Of a stretch of 64,000 bases of DNA, positions 9,607 to 17,639 are shown piece by piece. The stretch is from Myxococcota bacterium. Its GTDB lineage: Bacteria; Myxococcota; Kuafuiibacteriia; Kuafuiibacteriales; Kuafuiibacteriaceae. Both the position numbers and the translations under genes were made by a program. The notes under the pieces were generated by a model. That model was not told the origin of the DNA and ran no database searches. It saw only the letters and a list, made by a program, of their open reading frames with translations. Each line of letters begins with the position of its first letter. Position 1 is the first letter of the stretch. The DNA lies in NCBI GenBank assembly GCA_036337945.1, contig JAYZDF010000104.1, forward strand, positions 15,401 to 79,400, given 5' to 3'.

Positions 9607-10746
9607 CTATTGAGGAATACATGAAGATGTCGTCCACGTTGCGTCGAGGCGACCGCATATCGCTCCCGGTCGGTTGGTGCATTGACCTGAAGAATCACAA
9701 TTACGGAAACACATTCCAATACCTGCGAAAGTTTGACAGGTTTCATCCGGCGCACACGGCGTTGATTCGGCCAGACCGCTACAAATTCGAGTGCAATGCC
9801 CGCCGGTGAGGTTCCAGCCTCTTTCACCCATACAAACTTGTCCCTCTCCGCAAGAACGATTGTCTACACATGGGTCTCCAACTCGTGCGCCAAGTGTTTG
9901 CATCGGCGTGGGTTCACAGACTCCGGTTGCTCGACTGCAGTAGGTTGTCCCATTTCTTGGAGAGCAATCGAAAATATCATCACCGCAATTAGGGATACAA
10001 ATCCTGATCGGGCTATTAGGAATAGCGAAGCAGTGAGCATCACTACGGCAATCTAGATCGGTCGTGCAGCTGCCCATACATCCGATTCGGAAGCACTGAT
10101 TGTTCTGGCATCTTTCACCTGTCATGCAATCGTTATCGGTGGTGCACGTTTGGTTGCGCATATTGATATTGATGCAAGAGGAATTCGGCGGACATCCAGG
10201 CGTGCAATTTTCTACGGTGCAATAACCGCCCCACATGAAATTAATTTCCTGACGAGTCCAACAGGATAGTCCCATCGAGGTGTCACAATCTGTATCCATC
10301 TCACATCCGGCGCCGATTACACCCGCACCAATATCTCTTGGACCGGCATCTGGACCGGCATCTGGAGCCAAGGGGCAGGTTCCAGGTGTTTCGTTTCGGT
10401 CGAGACAGGGTTGCCCGGACGGACAACCTTGATTGTCGCAACACCAAACCGGTCCAACCCCGGCTGTCGAACAAATGCCATCCAGACAGGCAAGACCTTG
10501 TGAGCAATCGCAGGTTGAGTTGCAGGACCTCGGCGCACCGGCGTCGTGACGAATAAGAATTCCTCCGTCATAGTTGAGAATGGTTGAATCTGGAATGCCC
10601 GCCTCGGGCAAATCCGTTGAACTATCTACTTCTTCCACACCAGCATCAGCGCCGCTGGATGGATTTTCGCCGTTACTTTCAGAGCAGGAAAACCCCGCGA
10701 GGGATACGATCAGGCTCAAAGCGAGTATTTTAGGGCGAAAAAACAT
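9607..10746 (-). CDS. secreted cysteine-rich lipoprotein
   Basis: Signal and lipobox LAGFSC. The mature part is packed with repeated C-x-x-D-x-D-C...C modules (CEMDTDCDTS, CTTDNDCMTGERC, CTTDLDCRSDAHC). It ends 9 nt before the polA start on the same strand. Confidence 0.6.
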   Translation of the reverse strand: MFFRPKILALSLIVSLAGFSCSESNGENPSSGADAGVEEVDSSTDLPEAGIPDSTILNYDGGILIRHDAGAPRSCNSTCDCSQGLACLDGICSTAGVGPVWCCDNQGCPSGQPCLDRNETPGTCPLAPDAGPDAGPRDIGAGVIGAGCEMDTDCDTSMGLSCWTRQEINFMWGGYCTVENCTPGCPPNSSCININMRNQTCTTDNDCMTGERCQNNQCFRIGCMGSCTTDLDCRSDAHCFAIPNSPIRICIPNCGDDIFDCSPRNGTTYCSRATGVCEPTPMQTLGARVGDPCVDNRSCGEGQVCMGERGWNLTGGHCTRICSGLAESTPCAPDETCQTFAGIGMCFRNCDSSGQCTNRPGAICGRLDATWTTSSCIPQ

Positions 10747-10831
10747 AAGGTTCTTCTATACCTCGGGGCGATGCCTTTTCAAGCATTCCACAAAAACATC
10801 CGGTCCAAACTCTAGTTAACCCTAGGTTTGC

Positions 10832-13800
10832 GTGTTTTGCAGAAGATCGGGTTCGCGAATTGGAACCCCGCCTATCGAAGCGTTAGACTTTACGCGCGTG
10901 AACGAACCTCGAAAAAGTTCAAATCAGAAGTTTGGTTCTTACGTTCTTCTTGACCACATTGCAGACGGAGGAATGGCAGAGATCTTTCTGGCGAAACGTC
11001 AAGGATATTCTGGGTTTGAAAAATTTGTGGCGCTAAAACGCATTTTGCCCAGCTTCAACGAGCATGCAGCTTTTCGGGAAATGCTGATTCATGAGGCGAA
11101 GCTAGCAGCCAATCTTCAGCACCTCAACGTGGTTCAAGTTCTCGATTTGGGCGCGGTTGATGACCAGGTATATATCGCCATGGAATACATTCATGGACGA
11201 GATCTCGCATCATTACTCGCAAGAAATTTTAGGCGAAAAGAATGTATACCGTTGGCTTTGGCTCTCAGTATGGCCATCGAATTTCTCACCGGAATCGACT
11301 ACGCTCACCGACTGCAAGATGAAAGCGGTCAACCGAGAAATCTTATTCATCGAGATATCTCGCCGCAAAATATTCTGATCTCATATGAGGGAGAGGTCAA
11401 AGTCACAGATTTCGGTATTGCCCGCGCCTTCGCTTCAGATGGCGGCATCGAGAAACTATTCCCTGGAAGCGTGCAGGGGAAGTTTGGCTACATGTCGCCA
11501 GAGCAACTTAGAAAGCAAGCAATCGATCAACGCTCGGACATCTTTAGTGCTGGCGTAGTCCTTCACGAATTACTCACGGGTAGACGGCTTTTTTGGAGCA
11601 AGAACCCAAAAGACGCGGCATCAAAAATTCTCAATCAAGAAATTCCTGCGCCGTCTACCGTAAACGAGACAATCCCTGAAGAGATCGATGCGGTTGTCAT
11701 GAAAGCTCTAGAACGCGATAAAGAGAACCGATATCAAACGATTGGCTCTTTACTAGGAGAGCTCACAAAAGTAGCCGATAACCTAAAAGTTCATATCAGT
11801 CGCCGCGACATTGCAGTGTACATGCGCCGGCATTTCGGGACAAATAGTCCGAGGCCTAGAAGCACCGACGTTCAAAGAGCTCGGTCACTGACGCTTCCGA
11901 AAATATCATTAGCGAGCAGCTTTAGTGCTACTTCGGGACTTCGAACCCCTGTGGGTGACATTCTTATAAATAGAGGAAACCTAACCGTCTCGCAGCTGGA
12001 TATAGGACTCGCTCAGCAGCGCGCTCGTGGGGGGCGAATTGGTGAAATCCTAATCGAGCAAGGCGTAATTTCCGACCGAACATTAATCTCGGCGCTTGCG
12101 GAGCAAATTGATCTCAAAGTGTGTGAGCCGGGTGAACTATTGAGAAAGCCACCCTCATCACTTATCTTTGAGATCTTTCCATACGAAGCAGCGGAGTCTA
12201 TGGCGGTACTTGCTCTGGATCTCGAAACAGAAAAAGAAGGTTTGGCCAGGTTAGTTGTCACTGACCCATTTGACGAACGAAACCTTCTTGAAGCAAAAAT
12301 TATTCTTGGCGTAAATGAACTCGATATCAGCTTATCTACGAAAGACGAAATAAAGGAAGCCATCAACCACTGGTATCATCACGCAGGAAAGGCGGAAGAA
12401 GAAACACTTATGTTTAACATGAGGCTTCCAGCCCAAGAGTTTGAAAACTACTCGAAAGAGGTGACTCTTATTGTGTTTCAAAATGATGAGCTTCAAAAAC
12501 TTTTACAACAAGAGTTTTCGAATGAAATCATGTCTGTTGTCGGCGTTGATCACCACAAACAGCTCGTAGAAAAAATTACCGGCCGTCGACCTGAAATCGC
12601 AATTCTCGACTGCGCGAATGGCGATGTAGACACTCTAAAGCTTGTAGAAGAACTGAGGCGAGCTAACCAGAACCTCTGCTTATATGTTCTCGAAGATATC
12701 CCGGACATAAACAGGCAAGTTAATATCATTAATGCCGGCGCAAACGACATTTTCTCAGACGACAGTCAATTTCCATTTATCGTCGCTAAAACTCGACGAG
12801 AACTAAGTCGCCTTCCTAGCCGCTCATCCGCAGCCCTAATCACGAAGTCTCATAACATAGGCGTATCCGGCCCGCTCAGTGACATGACTTTTGTAGACGT
12901 AATTCAAAGCATTGAATTGGCCCAGAAAACCGCGGTGGTCAGTTTCTCTTATGAGGATGGACGCGCAGGCGAAGTCATCACGAGTCTGGGCAAAGTGAGG
13001 TCGGTGACTATGAAAGGGCCAAATTCGTCTGACGGAAATGCAAACTTTCATCAACTTGCCAAACCAGGTCGCGGGCGTTTTGAAATTCTTTATCAAGATA
13101 GCGACGCCCCATCGAATATCACTGAGAACAATACGCAATTACTTCTCGAAGCTATTCGTCAATATACCGAGCAATCCATCCGCGCAGACCCTGAGCAAGA
13201 AAGCGTGATCGCTGGCCTAGACGGCAGTGCCCAAGTGGCTATGTCGCAAGCACCTAATCCATACGACTTTCCTTTAGAGGAAGATTCAACGACTGAACTT
13301 CGTATCGCAGGGCTAAAGGCAATGGCTCAGTCACAACAGAGTTCCGTTGACGACAGTAATATTTTTACATGGTCTCCGGTAATTAGTGAGGAGTCGCAGG
13401 TACTAAAAAAGAACCAACTCGAGGAAGAGCCCCAGCGAAGTGACCCTTCATTTGAGGTAGATATTCTGGAGCCATCTGGCGATACAAACACGACTCCTCC
13501 CACTATCGATAACAATGACGCAGAAACAGAAATGGCTTTTGATGCTGCTCGTCTTGTCAATCAACTTGGTGAGGATGGAGGGCTAGACGATTTACCAATA
13601 TCTATCGATGCGAATAGCTTAATGGCGAACCCGAGCTCATCCGATATCCTTTTCGAAACAGATCCTCTCGAAACGATAGATTCTCAACCTTTTGACGCGC
13701 TAAATCCTTCACTTTCTCCCCCGTCAAACGCAACCGAAGAGAGTTCAGTCGACGCAGCAGGAGAGATTGAGTTTGGCTCACCAGACGAATTTCGAGCACG

Positions 13801-14272
13801 AGAAGAGCGAATGGGTCCTGACGAACCTGGTGCACCAAAGTACAATCTCGAATCAGAGCAAGACATATACGCATTACCCAAGATCTCCAACTTGGACAAA
13901 CATCCCGCCATTGAAAGTTCAGAGGCAAGCCCTGATGGACAACCTCTACCGCTACCCGTCGGAGCACTGACTGCTTTGCCAGATACAGGAGAAAAAGCGA
14001 AACGGTCTGATTCACAGCAAAAAAGAGGCGACGCTCAGAACCTTGCTCGCCTTAATTTGCAGAAAGTGGCGATCAAGAGAACGTCTTCATCCGCAGCTAA
14101 CGGCATCATAGAAGAAAAGGTTCGGGTGCAGCATATCAATATGTCAAAGCAGGAGCTCGCTCGTGAGACGTGGTCTGAAAACAGCGAGGACAGTGCAACG
14201 GAGGCGGACGACAGTGAAGATCTCCTTTTGTCTATTGACGACATCGTTGCTGACGATGAGGATCTGTTTTAA
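10832..14272 (+). CDS. multidomain Ser/Thr protein kinase: kinase, T2SSE_N/MshEN-like, receiver-like, DUF4388-like, long acidic tail
   Basis: Kinase motifs are GGMAEIFLAKR, HRDISPQNILI, DFGIAR and GYMSPEQ. The tandem MshEN-type motif is listed as a separate feature. A receiver-like segment reads PEIAILDCANGDVDTLKLVEELR. A DUF4388-like segment reads LSDMTFVDVIQSIELAQKTAVVSF...GRGRFEIL. The last roughly 350 aa are D/E/S-rich. The GTG start at 10832 is uncertain. Confidence 0.85.
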   Translation: MFCRRSGSRIGTPPIEALDFTRVNEPRKSSNQKFGSYVLLDHIADGGMAEIFLAKRQGYSGFEKFVALKRILPSFNEHAAFREMLIHEAKLAANLQHLNVVQVLDLGAVDDQVYIAMEYIHGRDLASLLARNFRRKECIPLALALSMAIEFLTGIDYAHRLQDESGQPRNLIHRDISPQNILISYEGEVKVTDFGIARAFASDGGIEKLFPGSVQGKFGYMSPEQLRKQAIDQRSDIFSAGVVLHELLTGRRLFWSKNPKDAASKILNQEIPAPSTVNETIPEEIDAVVMKALERDKENRYQTIGSLLGELTKVADNLKVHISRRDIAVYMRRHFGTNSPRPRSTDVQRARSLTLPKISLASSFSATSGLRTPVGDILINRGNLTVSQLDIGLAQQRARGGRIGEILIEQGVISDRTLISALAEQIDLKVCEPGELLRKPPSSLIFEIFPYEAAESMAVLALDLETEKEGLARLVVTDPFDERNLLEAKIILGVNELDISLSTKDEIKEAINHWYHHAGKAEEETLMFNMRLPAQEFENYSKEVTLIVFQNDELQKLLQQEFSNEIMSVVGVDHHKQLVEKITGRRPEIAILDCANGDVDTLKLVEELRRANQNLCLYVLEDIPDINRQVNIINAGANDIFSDDSQFPFIVAKTRRELSRLPSRSSAALITKSHNIGVSGPLSDMTFVDVIQSIELAQKTAVVSFSYEDGRAGEVITSLGKVRSVTMKGPNSSDGNANFHQLAKPGRGRFEILYQDSDAPSNITENNTQLLLEAIRQYTEQSIRADPEQESVIAGLDGSAQVAMSQAPNPYDFPLEEDSTTELRIAGLKAMAQSQQSSVDDSNIFTWSPVISEESQVLKKNQLEEEPQRSDPSFEVDILEPSGDTNTTPPTIDNNDAETEMAFDAARLVNQLGEDGGLDDLPISIDANSLMANPSSSDILFETDPLETIDSQPFDALNPSLSPPSNATEESSVDAAGEIEFGSPDEFRAREERMGPDEPGAPKYNLESEQDIYALPKISNLDKHPAIESSEASPDGQPLPLPVGALTALPDTGEKAKRSDSQQKRGDAQNLARLNLQKVAIKRTSSSAANGIIEEKVRVQHINMSKQELARETWSENSEDSATEADDSEDLLLSIDDIVADDEDLF
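11948..12106 (+). other. tandem 24-residue MshEN-type (c-di-GMP receptor) motif inside the kinase
   Basis: PVGDILINRGNLTVSQLDIGLAQQ, then RARGG, then RIGEILIEQGVISDRTLISALAEQ. The second copy fits RLGxx(L/V/I)(L/V/I)xxG(L/V/I)(L/V/I)xxxxLxxxLxxQ at every constrained position. The first copy fits except that Arg1 is Pro and one hydrophobic position is Asn. The spacer is 5 residues, as in the published motif. Confidence 0.6.
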
Positions 14273-14482
14273 TTGGATGGCGCTGTAAGGCAGAAGGTTA
14301 CGAGATATTGCGGCGATCTTTTAGAGCTGCTCGTAGACCTTCTACCAAATCATCTTAGTCTCGTTGAAATCGACGATCGATGGAATGAAACAAGCGGTTT
14401 TTATGATTAGCGGTGCCGTAGTCTTCTATTCATTGACCGCCAACGCAGTGCAGGCTCCGCAGAAGTAGCACAGGACATTGTT

Positions 14483-14986
14483 GTGAGTGCAACGGGGGAC
14501 GGCTGGACCATCGTCGACGAAGAGGACGAGCACGAAACCTTTCTGGAAAACGGAAATTCGACCTTATGTATTAAACTCGCCCGTTACCAGTCTGAAGAGG
14601 TTATCCAGTTAACTATTGAAGAGAAATGGCCTTCGGACGTCCATCCACCCGTCCAAATGTCAGACCTCTTCATTCAAGCCTGTCAAAACATTATTCAGCT
14701 CCACGATTTTCCGGTCAGTTTACATAGAGATTTATGTTTCGATATCCCCTCATCTGAACTTGTTAGGACGCGCTACGAACGCGTGCAGTATCGATTTGAT
14801 GAAAATATCGAAGGTCACCTCGCCCGTTCAGGATATAAAAAATCGGTCGAATCTATAGGGCTATGGACTCAATCGAGCATAGAAGGACACTATCGATTTG
14901 AGGCATCAGTCAACCTGAACTCTCGACTAAAGATACTCGATTACTCACTTCTCACCATTGACCAGTCCTTGAAGCTCGTCGACTAG
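14483..14986 (+). CDS. hypothetical protein
   Basis: 167-aa ORF with a GTG start, lying in an otherwise empty interval. I recognised no motif. Confidence 0.4.
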   Translation: MSATGDGWTIVDEEDEHETFLENGNSTLCIKLARYQSEEVIQLTIEEKWPSDVHPPVQMSDLFIQACQNIIQLHDFPVSLHRDLCFDIPSSELVRTRYERVQYRFDENIEGHLARSGYKKSVESIGLWTQSSIEGHYRFEASVNLNSRLKILDYSLLTIDQSLKLVD

Positions 14987-14994
14987 ATGCTGAC

Positions 14995-17505
14995 CTATTT
15001 CTTAAAGCGGGAGTCGTTTTTCGAAGTAAATGGACGCTGCTCGTCACGAGTAGGTGGACGTTCGCCGACTTTTGGCTTCTTAAAGTCATCAGAGAGCTTT
15101 CGACGCGTGGGCTCGCGTCCCGCAGGAATATCGTACGAGTGTGGACCAGGAGCCTGCGGCGCCTGCGCAGGGGGAAAATTTGGACGGAAACCTCCCGTAG
15201 AATGACGCTCCCTCTGTTGTTGAATTTGCGGATGGCGCACAGGTTGACGATTAGGCTGGGAACCGGGATCGCTAAACGGCCGGGGGTACGGCGGTTCGTT
15301 ACTTGGGGCGGACCAACCTGGAGGCGGCGCTTGCCACTGCGGCATCTCTGGATAAGTACGAGCGTTTTGTGGGTCCGTATTCCGCGGTTGTTGACCTGGG
15401 GGCGGAGGAATAGAGGTTGCGGGTCGACCAAAATGTGGATTTGGTGGATAGTGCTCTACTACTCCGCTTGCGGGGTTTGGTCGCCGCATCGCATTGTTCG
15501 AGACTTCGTTTTGAGAGTGGAACTGAGAGCGGTGACGACCTTGACTAGGTTGAGGATGTCCATCGGCTCCTACAGCATTTATAGAACGAGCACCTGGAAG
15601 GGGTCCACCCGGTGGTGGAGGTACCGAATGATGACTGGCTGTTCGTCGCGGCTGAGTTGGAATCCGCTCATCGAACTCGTTGCTCGGTACACCTGTTGTC
15701 GATGGCGAGTCCGGTTTTAGAAACACGGGGATGTCTTGTTCTGTTGCAACCCCGGGCACAGCGTTATCAATTGATGAGGCTGTTCGCTCGACATTACCGA
15801 CTGACCATTGAACTGTGTCCTCCTCTAACTCTGAAGACAGAGCCTCACTGGTGTTTTTGGCACTCGGACCTGAGATGCCCTCGGAAAAAGATTCTTGCGG
15901 CATCGACAAAGGTTCCGGATTCATTTGCGAGAGCATGCCGTGCTCGCCGAAGGAAACTGCAGGCATTTCAGGAACCGTTTCTCGATCTGATACCGGTGCT
16001 TGTGAAGAAGGTGAACTACCCACTGAGACTTTCTCTTCTGGGGCACTGACTAGGTTTGTCGGAAGCTCATCTGGCTGATTATGAGGCCTCAGTACGTTTG
16101 CAAAAAGCTCGTCTTCGGTTCGAGTGTCGCGAGGGTCTTCATCATAAACTCCCTGCGCATTTTCCACCAAAAGGTTTTTTTCTTTGCGCTGTCTATCGAT
16201 GATTCGTTGTAGCCAGTCTTTTTCGTTCGGCTCAAATTTTACAAATCCTCTTTCTACGAAATCGCTCCCAAGAGTCGCGGCTAAATTTGCCTCGCCCGCC
16301 CCGGGCGCCAACGCTCGCTTACAACCTTCCCTGACTTTCGCGTTCATGCTCTTGGCCGCTTTCTCAATGTGTGCTCGAGCTCTAGGGTCCTTCAATTGTG
16401 ATAAGGCAAATGCAGCGGAAAGCTGGACATCTACATTTTTCTTTTGGAACATTTTTGGTTTGAGCAGCTTCGAAAGAGCCGAAATGGAATCTGTCCCCGA
16501 AATCGCAGCAAATGCGCAAGTAAGAGCACGAACCTCTTTTGGCTCTAATTGCCAAATTTCATCGGAAAGTATTTGTAATCGTAAACTTGCTCGACACGCC
16601 TGGCTTCTTCTAATCGCTGCAACCTGGTAAGCGACGATTCGTACTTCCATAAGCTTATGCGCCAGGTGTTTCGCAAGAAGTTTATCTGCCGCGCCGGGGG
16701 GGAATTTCGGAAGCAATCGCAAGACCCGCATAATCAAAGCGGGGTGCTCTTGCTCAAGTGCTACAAGAATTAAAGAGGCGAGAACTTCGGTAGATACATA
16801 TGGTGCAAGATCAAAATAATCGAGCATCACGATCGGCTTCGCATTACGCATTACTTGCAGCAGTCGCTCCGGGTCAGGAATCTGATTTTTTGAAATAATA
16901 TTAATGAGAAGAGAACGCGTCTCTTTTTCCTTCACCGTATTTAGAGCAGCTAGCAGTGCATCTAATCCTATCTCGCTGATCGCTTGCAAGTAACTAAGGA
17001 TTGAAGGTCTTGAAGAAAAGTGTTGAGGATCTTCGAGGCGGTTGACCAATAGCTCGAGAATTGCCGGCATGGTCAATGCTTTTTGAAGATGTCGACCCGC
17101 ATGCATAGCGGTCAGGTCCTCACTTTGTGCGGCACGGCTGGCGATACTCCTGACGAGAACAACGGACGCATCATACTCGCCGAGGCGGTGAATAATATTT
17201 ACTAATTTCTGAACTCGAGCGATGGTGCTCGGCAGCGCTTTGGAGCTTGGATGACTAAAAAAACGCTCAATAGTACATTCGGTCAATAATGCGAGAATCA
17301 AGGGAAGAGGTGTCGTACTCATTCGCTGTTCAATAACGGCTAAATGATTTTCGTCGAGCGTCTCAGTGGCCTCTTGAGCGAAGTCTTCAAACGTATCTCC
17401 AGTTAAGAACAGAGAAGAGACAAGATCATTAGGCAGTCTCGCGACTTCATCAGCGATGCGACGTGCTACGTTCGCCGCTGAGATATTTGGTTGATTCCCG
17501 CTCAC
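14995..17505 (-). CDS. HEAT-repeat protein with a long Pro/Gln-rich C-terminal tail
   Basis: 836-aa uninterrupted ORF. The N-terminal half is helical with HEAT/PBS-lyase-like repeats (LSAAFALSQLKDPRARAHIEKAAKSMNAKVREGCKRAL). The last roughly 350 aa are P/Q/G/S-rich and low in complexity. Confidence 0.6.
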   Translation of the reverse strand: MSGNQPNISAANVARRIADEVARLPNDLVSSLFLTGDTFEDFAQEATETLDENHLAVIEQRMSTTPLPLILALLTECTIERFFSHPSSKALPSTIARVQKLVNIIHRLGEYDASVVLVRSIASRAAQSEDLTAMHAGRHLQKALTMPAILELLVNRLEDPQHFSSRPSILSYLQAISEIGLDALLAALNTVKEKETRSLLINIISKNQIPDPERLLQVMRNAKPIVMLDYFDLAPYVSTEVLASLILVALEQEHPALIMRVLRLLPKFPPGAADKLLAKHLAHKLMEVRIVAYQVAAIRRSQACRASLRLQILSDEIWQLEPKEVRALTCAFAAISGTDSISALSKLLKPKMFQKKNVDVQLSAAFALSQLKDPRARAHIEKAAKSMNAKVREGCKRALAPGAGEANLAATLGSDFVERGFVKFEPNEKDWLQRIIDRQRKEKNLLVENAQGVYDEDPRDTRTEDELFANVLRPHNQPDELPTNLVSAPEEKVSVGSSPSSQAPVSDRETVPEMPAVSFGEHGMLSQMNPEPLSMPQESFSEGISGPSAKNTSEALSSELEEDTVQWSVGNVERTASSIDNAVPGVATEQDIPVFLKPDSPSTTGVPSNEFDERIPTQPRRTASHHSVPPPPGGPLPGARSINAVGADGHPQPSQGRHRSQFHSQNEVSNNAMRRPNPASGVVEHYPPNPHFGRPATSIPPPPGQQPRNTDPQNARTYPEMPQWQAPPPGWSAPSNEPPYPRPFSDPGSQPNRQPVRHPQIQQQRERHSTGGFRPNFPPAQAPQAPGPHSYDIPAGREPTRRKLSDDFKKPKVGERPPTRDEQRPFTSKNDSRFKK

Positions 17506-17639
17506 CTTAAATAAACTGTAACTTCACCCTAAAAACGAAATGGATACTCTACGAGTGTAGTGTACCTTTCATTGACATCATAGAGCCAAAATTTAGCGTG
17601 CTGGGGCTGGAGTGGCGATGTAATAAGAGAATCCTCTTA

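Noticed and set aside
10340-10363. A perfect 12-nt tandem duplication (GGACCGGCATCT x2)
   Set aside because: It has only two copies, is in frame, and encodes PDAGPDAG in a secreted protein. It is not a CRISPR or VNTR-type array. It is mentioned under the Cys-rich family only.
15139-16630. Long plus-strand ORFs (15139..15720, 15612..16049, 15815..16078, 16184..16630)
   Set aside because: They are antisense to one uninterrupted 836-aa ORF. They arise from the codon-biased, Pro-rich (CCN/GGN) composition and have no motifs and no start context.
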